In this document: in pieces, positions 19,855 through 28,323 of the stretch
Layout: each line of letters opens with the position of its first letter
How positions within the stretch are numbered: the stretch's first letter is position 1
NCBI GenBank assembly: GCA_050633305.1
Contig: JBOEGF010000023.1
Location: 32,001 to 96,000 of the forward strand
From: Nannocystales bacterium
GTDB lineage: Bacteria; Myxococcota_A; Polyangia; Nannocystales; Nannocystaceae
Direction of reading: 5' to 3'
DNA length: 64,000 bases
The notes under the pieces: model-generated
What the model was told of the DNA's origin: nothing
Seen by the model: the letters and a program-made list of their open reading frames with translations, nothing else
Database searches by the model: none
Made by a program: the position numbers and the translations under genes

Positions 19855-20955
19855 TCAGCCCTCAGGCAACACCAACGGAGCGCAGGTGGAGACGCCCGCG
19901 CCGACAACACCCGGCGCGCCATCTTCGACGACCAGCGTGGTCGATCGAGTCTCCGGGTCGTGGTCGAACACCTGGGTCGGACCGAAGTCGAGGGATGTGA
20001 ACACCCAAATGTGTCCGCCCCAGTATGCGAACGCAAATCCACCAGGCTCGATGCCAAACGCGTCGACGCCGGGAAGGTCCAGCATCGACAGGCCGGTGGC
20101 GTCGGCCTTGTCGATTTCGAACAGTCGGACGGTCGGGAAGCACGGCGCCTTGGCCGTGCAGTCATGATCCCACGGCCCGGTGTAGTTCATGATCAACCCA
20201 AACATCCGACCGTCGCCGCTGCCAGTGAGCTCAACCCCCGAGTACCCCGACACCGGCGGCGTGAACCGGCCGATGCTCTCGAGACTGCCCAGCGTGTGAA
20301 TGTGTGTCGCCGTGTCTGCGAAGTAGAGGGTCTCGTTCCCACTCTCCTGACCATCGGCGACAAACGCCATGCCCAGAGGCGAGCCCCAGTTGTCCGTCGT
20401 CGGAAGCTGGCCAACGTCGGTCTCGCAAGCCCCGGTGTCGAGGTCGATACGGTCGAGCCGTTTGTAGGCCGGATCCTCCGCGCCATCGGCCAACGCACTC
20501 CAGGTGATCCATGCACCGCGCTCCCGGTCGACGGCCATCGAGGACGCCCCCCAGTCAGCCTCGGTGCCCTCGCATTCGATGGCGGCCACGACAGGTGTAA
20601 ACGTCAGAGTCTGGGGATCGAATGCCTGGATCGACGTGGCGTTCCCGGTCTCCAAGCCTCGTGTGAGCAGGTAGATGGGGTTTTCCTCGGGCTCGCCGCA
20701 AACCTCGACGGAGCCTGTTCCGTTGCCCAAGTCGAAGATCGCACCCCCACCCGACCCGGTCGTCGAGTCTGAGCCCGGAGTCGAGGTCGCGCTCGCGCTC
20801 ACCGAGTCGGCGGTCGACCCAGTCGTGCCCTCGCCGACCGTGGACCCGTTGGAGCCGTCCGTACCGGTCTGAAACGAGCCTGAGTCCGAGCCTTCTTCGT
20901 TGCAACCGGAGAGAAGCAGGACCGCAAGACTGGAGGCGAGAACCGGGAGCCGCAC
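19855..20955 (-). CDS. Myxobacterial lipoprotein, probable beta-propeller
   Basis: VRLPVLASSLAVLLLSGC lipobox, S/T/G linker, SMAVDR, ELTGSGDGRMFG, FAFAYWGG, VVGAGVSTCAP. Confidence 0.82.
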   Translation of the reverse strand: MRLPVLASSLAVLLLSGCNEEGSDSGSFQTGTDGSNGSTVGEGTTGSTADSVSASATSTPGSDSTTGSGGGAIFDLGNGTGSVEVCGEPEENPIYLLTRGLETGNATSIQAFDPQTLTFTPVVAAIECEGTEADWGASSMAVDRERGAWITWSALADGAEDPAYKRLDRIDLDTGACETDVGQLPTTDNWGSPLGMAFVADGQESGNETLYFADTATHIHTLGSLESIGRFTPPVSGYSGVELTGSGDGRMFGLIMNYTGPWDHDCTAKAPCFPTVRLFEIDKADATGLSMLDLPGVDAFGIEPGGFAFAYWGGHIWVFTSLDFGPTQVFDHDPETRSTTLVVEDGAPGVVGAGVSTCAPLVLPEG

Positions 20956-21153
20956 GGCGCGAGCGTATCGACTCCTGGCCGGTCCCCACGGTGAAGGACC
21001 GACGTAACGGCGTGGTGATGCCCGGGGCGCCGGTCCCCCAGCGACAGCCCCCATCCTGTCCCGGGCGCCTCCGTGCCAGCTTGGTCGACGAAATCCTGAA
21101 AACCCGTGATCCGCGGGACTCCCGACGCGTACCTCATCGCAAGGGACCACGGT

Positions 21154-22242
21154 TTGGCCAACGGCATCTCGAAATCACACAGTTTTTCCCGGAGGGTGGG
21201 CGCCCCCCTGCTCTTCGGGTCCACCCTGCTTGCCACAGCGGCCTGCAGCGAAGCCCCGCGCGCAGCCGCGCCCGACACCATGGGCGGTACCGGCTCCGCC
21301 GCGACCCACACCTCGGAGGACCCCAGCGGACCCAACACGAGCCGTCCCACGACAGGTGGCTCCGAGACGGGTTCGTCATCGGGCGAGCACAACGACGAGG
21401 GGCCCAAGCTGGACGTCTCCATCCCGGACACGGGAGAGGACCCGTCGAGCACCGGATGTACCGCCGTCGACATCCTGATGGTGATCGATAACTCGGGCTC
21501 GATGTGTTCGTACCAGTCGAACCTCGCCCAGACACTCCCTGACTTTGCCGACGCGATCTTCGCCGCGCTCCCGCCTGACACAAGCATCCACCTGGGAATC
21601 ACCACCACATCGTTCTCGAGCGGTGGCACCCATCAGGAAGAGAACTGCAGTTCCGTCCAAGGCGCGGCGGAGATCGCCGACGCGTACATCCCCCCAGCGG
21701 ACGGCATGGTCCAGGGCAACGGCTACCAAGGACGGCTGCTCGAGTACGAGGGGCAACGTTACTTCGAAGCGAACACCGGCGACCCGTCCTCTCGTCTTCC
21801 GATGATGGAGTGGTTCTCCAACGCCGCGTTCAGCGTCAACTGCAACGGCGGCGCGTTCGAGTTCCCGACGGCCGCGGCCGCCTATGCGCTCGACCCTGTC
21901 AACGCGGCGACGAACGACGGTTTTCTGCGGGATGAGGGGGCGGTCCTGGCCATGTTCGTGCTCAGCGATGAGGTCGATCAGTCGCCCGAAGGGCTCGAGG
22001 CGTACCGCGACACCGTCTTGGCCGCCAAGTCTGCGTGCGGAGGCGCGGACTGCATCTCGACCGCCGGGCTGCTCTCGGACGGTTGTGTTCCGAGCGAGCC
22101 CCTGGTCTGGCAGTTCCTCAACGCGTTCGGCGGGGCGCCGGCGTGGGGAGACATCGCCGACCCCAGCGTCTACGCGAGCGTGGTGAACGACGCCCTGACC
22201 GAAGTCATCACCCAAACCTGCGACCTGATTCCTGCGGGCTGA
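21154..22242 (+). CDS. VWA-like (MIDAS) myxobacterial lipoprotein
   Basis: ATAAC lipobox; CTAVDILMVIDNSGSM; GFLRDEGAVLAMFVLSDE; start uncertain. Confidence 0.82.
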   Translation: MANGISKSHSFSRRVGAPLLFGSTLLATAACSEAPRAAAPDTMGGTGSAATHTSEDPSGPNTSRPTTGGSETGSSSGEHNDEGPKLDVSIPDTGEDPSSTGCTAVDILMVIDNSGSMCSYQSNLAQTLPDFADAIFAALPPDTSIHLGITTTSFSSGGTHQEENCSSVQGAAEIADAYIPPADGMVQGNGYQGRLLEYEGQRYFEANTGDPSSRLPMMEWFSNAAFSVNCNGGAFEFPTAAAAYALDPVNAATNDGFLRDEGAVLAMFVLSDEVDQSPEGLEAYRDTVLAAKSACGGADCISTAGLLSDGCVPSEPLVWQFLNAFGGAPAWGDIADPSVYASVVNDALTEVITQTCDLIPAG

Positions 22243-22245
22243 CCC

Positions 22246-22932
22246 ATGCCACACCTGATCAACACCATCGTAGGGCTTTGCATCGCCGGCATGGGCCTGA
22301 GCGCTTGTTCCGCGACGGCTTCGGACGGCGGCGCCGGGTTTGGCTCGGCCACAGACACCGCGGCGTCTCCCCCGGCCCACGCCGCCGGAAGCTCGTCAGG
22401 CGACAGCCCGAGCTCCACGGGAGCCCTCGCCGACGGAAGTTCGAGCACCCGCGGCTCGGACCCGGACGTCACAACCGATACAACCGGAGGGCACAGCACG
22501 GGTTCCCTGCCCACGAGTCCGGGATCGACCGGCACCCAGACCGACAGTTCGGGAGGAGACAGCGCCGGGGACCTTTGTGGGAGCGATGCGATGGGCGTCG
22601 GCGGGTGTCCACCGGAGTGCACTGGAGGTTGCGACGATGGCCGGTGCCACGTCGACTGCGGCGGACCGGGAGGTTGCTCCAACGAGACGGTCGACTGCCC
22701 GCCGGGCTGGCCGTGCCAGATCGACTGTGCCGGTGGCGGTAGTTGCAGCGGAACACAGATCAACTGCGCCGCGGAGCTGTGCGAGCTGCAATGCACCGGC
22801 AACGGAAGCTGCAGCTCTCCAACGCTCCACTGTGGCGCGGGGTGGTGCGAGGCGGTTTGCGCAGCACCCGGTGCGGGCTCGGTGAACGTCTCGTGCGGCG
22901 ACGCGTGTATTTGCCTCGAACTGTGCCACTGA
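22246..22932 (+). CDS. Cys-rich repeat lipoprotein
   Basis: GLSAC lipobox, S/T/G linker, repeated C-x3-C-x5-C-x6-C units. Confidence 0.8.
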   Translation: MPHLINTIVGLCIAGMGLSACSATASDGGAGFGSATDTAASPPAHAAGSSSGDSPSSTGALADGSSSTRGSDPDVTTDTTGGHSTGSLPTSPGSTGTQTDSSGGDSAGDLCGSDAMGVGGCPPECTGGCDDGRCHVDCGGPGGCSNETVDCPPGWPCQIDCAGGGSCSGTQINCAAELCELQCTGNGSCSSPTLHCGAGWCEAVCAAPGAGSVNVSCGDACICLELCH

Positions 22933-22999
22933 CGCGCTCGACTGAGCACCTGCATCCAGGCTGACCCGGTCTGCACCCACGTGCTGGTAAGATCCAGCT

Positions 23000-25249
23000 G
23001 TGGGTGTCGACGAGGCGGGCCCGGAGCCCAAAGGACTCCAGCGCGGAGCCGCACCTGCACTGTCCATCGAGGACCACCAGATCCTCAACGAGGTCCGGGC
23101 CTCGCTCTTCTCCCGTCCCTCGCCCACGCTGACCGTCGGGCGCTACACGATCGGGGAACCGTTGGGTCGGGGCGGTTGCGGCGTGGTGTTTCGAGCACGC
23201 GACCCGTCGCTCGACCGCGACGTGGCGATCAAGTTCGTCCGAACCCCGCTGCCCAGCGCCGGGACTTCAGCTCGAACCCGGATGCGTGCCGAAGCCCGCG
23301 CGCTGGCTCGATTGGAACACCCAAACGTCGTCTCGGTCTTCGACGTTGGGATGTACGACCAGCGCGACCATCCCGGGGTCGGCGCTCTGGGCCCAGACGT
23401 CCCGGGGGCGGGGCTGTTCCTCACGATGGAGCTCGTCCATGGCGTCACGCTTCGCGAGTGGCTGACCCACCCGCGCGATGCGGAGGAGATCCTCGCGCTG
23501 TTCCGCCAGTGCGCCCTCGGGTTGGCGGCCGCCCATGAAGCGGGTCTGGTTCACAGAGACTTCAAACCCGCGAACGTATTGGTCACCGGATCCGGGACCC
23601 CCAAGGTCTTGGACTTCGGACTGGCAACGGTGGCCCCGCGCACGGACTTCAACTGGTCCGACGTCGACACGACCCACGCGGGCGGAGAACCTCGCAAAAC
23701 TGGCAAGGGCCAGGGCACCCCGTGGACCATGGCCCCGGAGCAGTACGACGGCATCCGCTGCGACGCCCGCACCGATCAGTACGCGCTGGCGTTCTGCCTA
23801 CACGAGGCGTTGTTCGGGCGGACACAGGTCTCGGGCATCACGGCCCTGATCGCGCTCAAGCGTTCGGGCCAGCTTCCGCAGAGTTCTCCACGCTCAGCGC
23901 CACGCTGGCTCACCCGAGCGTTGTCTCGGGCTCTGGACCCTTCGCCGCACAAGAGGTTTCCAACGATGCGAGCGTGGCTCCTTGCGACCGACCCGGACAC
24001 CGCACGTCGCGGACGAAGCCGCTTGCTCGCCACGGGGGTGGTCGCATCCGGATGCGTGGGTTTGTTGTTGTCGGTCCCGACCACCACGGCACCTCCATCC
24101 ATCACCGAGAGCCCAGCAACCCCGGTAGGCTTCGCCCCTCCCGCATCCCTCCCGGAACCGGTCGCGCCGGGGTTCGCGGCGTTGGATCGGGGCGACTGGA
24201 AACGGGCCCGCGAGATCTGTCGCCCCCACCTCGGCCTCGGCGGAGAGGTTGGGGCCGCGGCCCAGCTTTGCACCGCCGAGGCCGACGGCGAAGCTGGGGC
24301 AGTGGACCGTTCGGCAGCGTCCTCCGAGCGCGCATACTGGCTCGCCCTGGACGCAGAACGCCCCTACCTCGCGGCCCGGGCGGCAGTTGGCGCCGCCCTT
24401 CAACACACCCGCGGAACACGGCGCGATGATGCGCGACGTTGGATCGGCCACGCGAAGTCCACGTTGGGGAGGAGCCAAGCGGACCCTGAAGCTCTTGCGG
24501 CAGACCTGCAGATCGTTCAGGCCTCGATCATCAGCAGCGAGCGCACGCCTGAAGAAGCGGTCCCCGAGTACCAAGCTGCGTACCAAACGCTCCTGCAGGT
24601 CCTCGGGCCCTCGCACCGCAGGACACTGCGCGCGGACTTGCTCGCTGGCAACGCGCTGGAAAATGCGAACCAGTACGACGCTGCGCTCCTGCAGCAGAAC
24701 CGAGCACTCGCGGGGTTTCGGTCGCTGCACGGAGACCGCCCGCACCTCAGTGTTGCGCGCGCACTCAACGATCGGGCGACGACCCTTTTCGACGTCGACC
24801 GACTCGACGACGCGATCGTCGACCTCCAGGAGGGCCTATCGATGGCCGAGGACTCTGGTGAAAGCCGCCACCCGACGGCCGGCATGCTTCACCACAACCT
24901 GGGGTACGCGCTGAACCTCAAGGGTCGCTACGAAGAGGCGCTTGCCCACTACGAGGACGCGATCGAGATCCGCGAAGAAGCCTTGGGGCCGCACCACCTC
25001 AAGGTGCTCAAGGGAATGGGGAACCAGGCGAACTCCCTGCTGAAACTCGGGAGGCTGGACGAAGCCGAACAGCTCGCGGAAGCTACGCTCACCCGCTACG
25101 AAGAACGCGGGGTACACCGGCTGATGCGAGGCGTGGTGCGAATCCTTGGGGAGATCGCCCAGGCGCGTGGGGACACAGCTGGCGAAGCCCACGCTCGTGA
25201 GCGGCTCGCGAAACTCGACAAACAACTCGCCAGCAAAGGCTTGCGATGA
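23000..25249 (+). CDS. Ser/Thr protein kinase with TM helix and C-terminal TPRs
   Basis: LGRGGCGVV, VAIK, HRDFKPAN, DFG, MAPE; TPRs (HNLGYALNLKGRYEEALAHYEDA); ATGA overlap with the ECF gene. Confidence 0.92.
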   Translation: MGVDEAGPEPKGLQRGAAPALSIEDHQILNEVRASLFSRPSPTLTVGRYTIGEPLGRGGCGVVFRARDPSLDRDVAIKFVRTPLPSAGTSARTRMRAEARALARLEHPNVVSVFDVGMYDQRDHPGVGALGPDVPGAGLFLTMELVHGVTLREWLTHPRDAEEILALFRQCALGLAAAHEAGLVHRDFKPANVLVTGSGTPKVLDFGLATVAPRTDFNWSDVDTTHAGGEPRKTGKGQGTPWTMAPEQYDGIRCDARTDQYALAFCLHEALFGRTQVSGITALIALKRSGQLPQSSPRSAPRWLTRALSRALDPSPHKRFPTMRAWLLATDPDTARRGRSRLLATGVVASGCVGLLLSVPTTTAPPSITESPATPVGFAPPASLPEPVAPGFAALDRGDWKRAREICRPHLGLGGEVGAAAQLCTAEADGEAGAVDRSAASSERAYWLALDAERPYLAARAAVGAALQHTRGTRRDDARRWIGHAKSTLGRSQADPEALAADLQIVQASIISSERTPEEAVPEYQAAYQTLLQVLGPSHRRTLRADLLAGNALENANQYDAALLQQNRALAGFRSLHGDRPHLSVARALNDRATTLFDVDRLDDAIVDLQEGLSMAEDSGESRHPTAGMLHHNLGYALNLKGRYEEALAHYEDAIEIREEALGPHHLKVLKGMGNQANSLLKLGRLDEAEQLAEATLTRYEERGVHRLMRGVVRILGEIAQARGDTAGEAHARERLAKLDKQLASKGLR

Positions 25250-25878
25250 CCGTGGACTCGACGACCGACCGCGCGTTACTCGAGGCGTGGCGCGGCGGCG
25301 ACGAGGCGGCTGGCAACACCCTTCTCGAACGGCACTTCGGAACCGTGCTCCGCTTCCTCCGCGCCTCCGCCAACCTCGGAAGACCCGAGCTGACGGAGAT
25401 GGTCCAGCGCACGATGGTGGCGTGCGTCGAGTCGCGGGAACGGATCCCAGACGAGGTCAGCTTCCGCGCGTACTTGTTGGGGATCGCGCGGCGTCAGCTC
25501 AGCAACGCATATCGCGAAGCCCACCGGGCTGAAGCGCGCGCCAAGATCATCGGACCACAAGCATCCCTGATCTCCCCCAGCGCCGTCGTCGCAGCACGCC
25601 AAGAGGAGCAACTGCTTCTACGCGCACTTCAGCGCATCCCGAGCGAGCTGCAAGTGGTGATCCTGCTCTTCTACTGGGAGCAGCTCACCACACCCGAAAT
25701 CGCAGCCGTCTGCGAGCTGCCCACGGGAACGGTCAAGAGTCGGCTCCGCCGGGCTCGAGAGCAACTCGAACGAGAGATGCGCGCGCTCACCGAAGATGTG
25801 ACGCTCTACAACTCCACCGTGCGGGACTTTGAGAAGTGGGCGCTGTCCCTGCGCAAGAGAATCGATGAACCGATTTGA
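25246..25878 (+). CDS. ECF sigma factor with C-terminal extension
   Basis: DRALLEAWRGGD, SFRAYLLGIAR, LFYWEQLTTPEIA..LPTGTVKSRLRRAR. Confidence 0.92.
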   Translation: MTVDSTTDRALLEAWRGGDEAAGNTLLERHFGTVLRFLRASANLGRPELTEMVQRTMVACVESRERIPDEVSFRAYLLGIARRQLSNAYREAHRAEARAKIIGPQASLISPSAVVAARQEEQLLLRALQRIPSELQVVILLFYWEQLTTPEIAAVCELPTGTVKSRLRRAREQLEREMRALTEDVTLYNSTVRDFEKWALSLRKRIDEPI

Positions 25879-25909
25879 GGCGGTGCGCCGCGGCGCTCAA
25901 ACCAGCGAG

Positions 25910-26728
25910 TTACCCTGTCCAAAGACCGCGCTCCCGGGCGACTGAGAGGTCACGCGCGAGTCCATCGAGCGCCGCGGGCGTGTGCTCGCGATACCCCTCG
26001 GACCCGAACAGTGCGGCGAAGAGTTCCTTGTACGAGCCATCGTCACTGAGGTTGCGAAGGGCGATCGCCAGGTTCCCGCGAATCCAGGGCGGCACATGGT
26101 GGGAGGCGACAATGAGGTCGGAAGGGATCGGTGACGAGCCGAGAACCACTCGGGCGTCGAGGTCTTCAATCCCGTCAAAGCCCGCCCGCCGCAGCGTCCC
26201 CGCAGGGTTCGCATCGTCGAACAAAGCGAACGTCGCTCCTACGTCGGCGCTCCCCTGAGCGACCGCACGAGCGACCGCGCCGTGGGTGTCGAGGAATGCC
26301 TCGGAGGCGAAGAGTTCTGTCGGGTTCAAGCCGAGTTTTGCCAGGGCGAGACGCGGCATCAGGTATCCCGCGGCACTCGTGGGGGCGACCCAGGCGACCC
26401 TCGAGCCGCGCAGGGATTCCGCGCTTCGAATGGACGAGTCCTCTCGAACGAACAGGACCCCGTTGTACTGGGACGCACCCTCCCGTACGGCGGACGCAAA
26501 CGGGACCGCGGGCGAGAACGCGTCGGAGAGCAGGAACAGCGTCGGCGAGACCCACGCGAGGTGCACACGACCCCGTCGAAACGCAGCCTGCAACGAACCA
26601 GGCGACGGTGCCCGATGCGGCAAGACCCGAGTGTTCGAGTGTTGGGACCAACGTTCGCAGAACTCGGCCAACAACAAACGGGTCTGGCCATCATCCGTGT
26701 GTGGGACGGCTCCGAACGTCAGCTCCAT
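25910..26728 (-). CDS. PhnD-like (phosphonate-binding fold) protein without signal peptide
   Basis: LRGSRVAWVAPTSAAGYLMP, HGAVARAV..GSADVGA, IPSD. Confidence 0.82.
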   Translation of the reverse strand: MELTFGAVPHTDDGQTRLLLAEFCERWSQHSNTRVLPHRAPSPGSLQAAFRRGRVHLAWVSPTLFLLSDAFSPAVPFASAVREGASQYNGVLFVREDSSIRSAESLRGSRVAWVAPTSAAGYLMPRLALAKLGLNPTELFASEAFLDTHGAVARAVAQGSADVGATFALFDDANPAGTLRRAGFDGIEDLDARVVLGSSPIPSDLIVASHHVPPWIRGNLAIALRNLSDDGSYKELFAALFGSEGYREHTPAALDGLARDLSVARERGLWTG

Positions 26729-26884
26729 GGGACACCCAGATCAACGTAGTGTGGAGCCTCGCCCACCGCGACCCCGGTTGTGGCCCGCTTCTCGTCCAGT
26801 GTGGCCCATGCTCGGACCCGGCTGCCGTGCCCCTCGACAGAACGTGAATTGGCGCCTGCGCGGCCGCGCCCTACTCTGCTCCGG

Positions 26885-27871
26885 GTGAGCGTCTCCAAGT
26901 CCGCGAGAACCCCGTCACGCTCCGAGTACACCGAGCGCATCAATCGCGTGGTCGACCACGTGGAGCGCAACCTCGACCAACCGCTCTCGCTCTCCGCCTT
27001 GGCAGAGGTCGCGCACCTCTCCCGCTTCCACTTCCACCGGGTCTTTGCTGCGATGACGGGGGAGACCCTGCACCAGTTCGTCTCCCGACTGCGGGTCGAA
27101 CGAGCCGCCCAGATGCTGCTCCGAACACCCGCTCAAAGCGTGACATCCATCGCCATCGACTGCGGGTTCTCGAGTTCAGCCACCTTTGCCCGGACGTTCA
27201 AGGCCGCGTTCGGGGTGACCGGAACGCAGTGGCGAGCGCACGGCGATGCGGACTGGTGCGCGGACGACCGCAAGAATCGCAAACACCTCCGCAACGATCG
27301 CAACGCAGAGTCTCCATGGGGTTGCTACATCGTCTCCAGCGGCCCCACCCACCGCTGGAGACTCGAAGTGACCTCGACACCGCATCCCCTCACCGCCGAC
27401 GTGACGATTCAGGACGTGGCAACTCGACATGTTGCCTACATTCGCCACGTTGGTCCCTACGGCCAAGTCGCCGAGGTGCCCCGTCTATTTGAGCGCCTCC
27501 ATCGTTGGCTCGGCGCACGCGAGCTGATCTCCGCCGAGATGGTGAACCTGGTGGTCGCCCACGACGACCCCAAGATCACCCCTGACGACAAGCTCCGCCT
27601 GAGCGTGTGTGCCACCGTGGCCCCGACGACGCAGGGGGAGGGAGAGGTTGGGGTCATGAGCCTACCCGGTGGCAAGTGTGGCGTTGCGCGATTCGAGATC
27701 CCGCCGGAGCGAATCGCCGAGGCCTGGAACGCAGTGATGGGCGTCTGGCTTCCCGACAGCGGATACCAACCCGATGACCGACACTGCTACGAAGTCGTCG
27801 TCCAGAGCCCACGGGACAACCCGCAAGGACTGATCGTGCTGGATATCTACACCCCCGTGCGCCCGCTGTAA
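26885..27871 (+). CDS. AraC family regulator with C-terminal GyrI-like ligand-binding domain
   Basis: RINRVVDHV..LSALAEVAHLSRFHFHRVF; CGFSSSATFARTFK; VAYIRHVGPY, WLPDSGYQPDDR. Confidence 0.93.
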   Translation: MSVSKSARTPSRSEYTERINRVVDHVERNLDQPLSLSALAEVAHLSRFHFHRVFAAMTGETLHQFVSRLRVERAAQMLLRTPAQSVTSIAIDCGFSSSATFARTFKAAFGVTGTQWRAHGDADWCADDRKNRKHLRNDRNAESPWGCYIVSSGPTHRWRLEVTSTPHPLTADVTIQDVATRHVAYIRHVGPYGQVAEVPRLFERLHRWLGARELISAEMVNLVVAHDDPKITPDDKLRLSVCATVAPTTQGEGEVGVMSLPGGKCGVARFEIPPERIAEAWNAVMGVWLPDSGYQPDDRHCYEVVVQSPRDNPQGLIVLDIYTPVRPL

Positions 27872-27876
27872 GACTC

Positions 27877-28206
27877 CTACTGCGGCGCGCCAGCCGAGCG
27901 AGTACGCCACAGCGCGACGAGGTAGATCGTCAAGGACATCGACACGGACAACGTGAGCGCGCCGACGACCGCGGCGCTCCACCGCCCGCCGATCCTGCGA
28001 CGCTCCCACACCGCCACCACGACCATCATCACGGTCACAGCCACGAGGTCGAACAGCAACCCCGTCGCAAAGTCGGACGCGGTGAACGCCTCCACCCAGC
28101 CTCCGAAGAAGTCCCAGTCGTTGGCTGCGAGCCACACCCCGAACATCGCGTAGGAAGCAACCCACCCGATGACGCCGAGACTCCATGTGATCGTCGTCTT
28201 GCCCAT
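27877..28206 (-). CDS. Small membrane protein (DUF2834-like)
   Basis: Three hydrophobic segments; DL..V pattern; VSMSLTIYL. Confidence 0.65.
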   Translation of the reverse strand: MGKTTITWSLGVIGWVASYAMFGVWLAANDWDFFGGWVEAFTASDFATGLLFDLVAVTVMMVVVAVWERRRIGGRWSAAVVGALTLSVSMSLTIYLVALWRTRSAGAPQ

Positions 28207-28323
28207 TCTCGGCGCCCTCGCGAGGAACAGTACGACGTCCCACCGAGCGACGCGGCAAGAAGGCACGCAGAGTGTGCGTCGTCACCGATGAGGAACGTCG
28301 CCACCGGATTCGAGGGCAGTGGA

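Noticed and set aside
22930..23000. In-frame TGA followed by more Cys codons (selenocysteine or readthrough)
   Set aside because: No evident SECIS hairpin, and the continuing frame runs into the kinase gene out of frame
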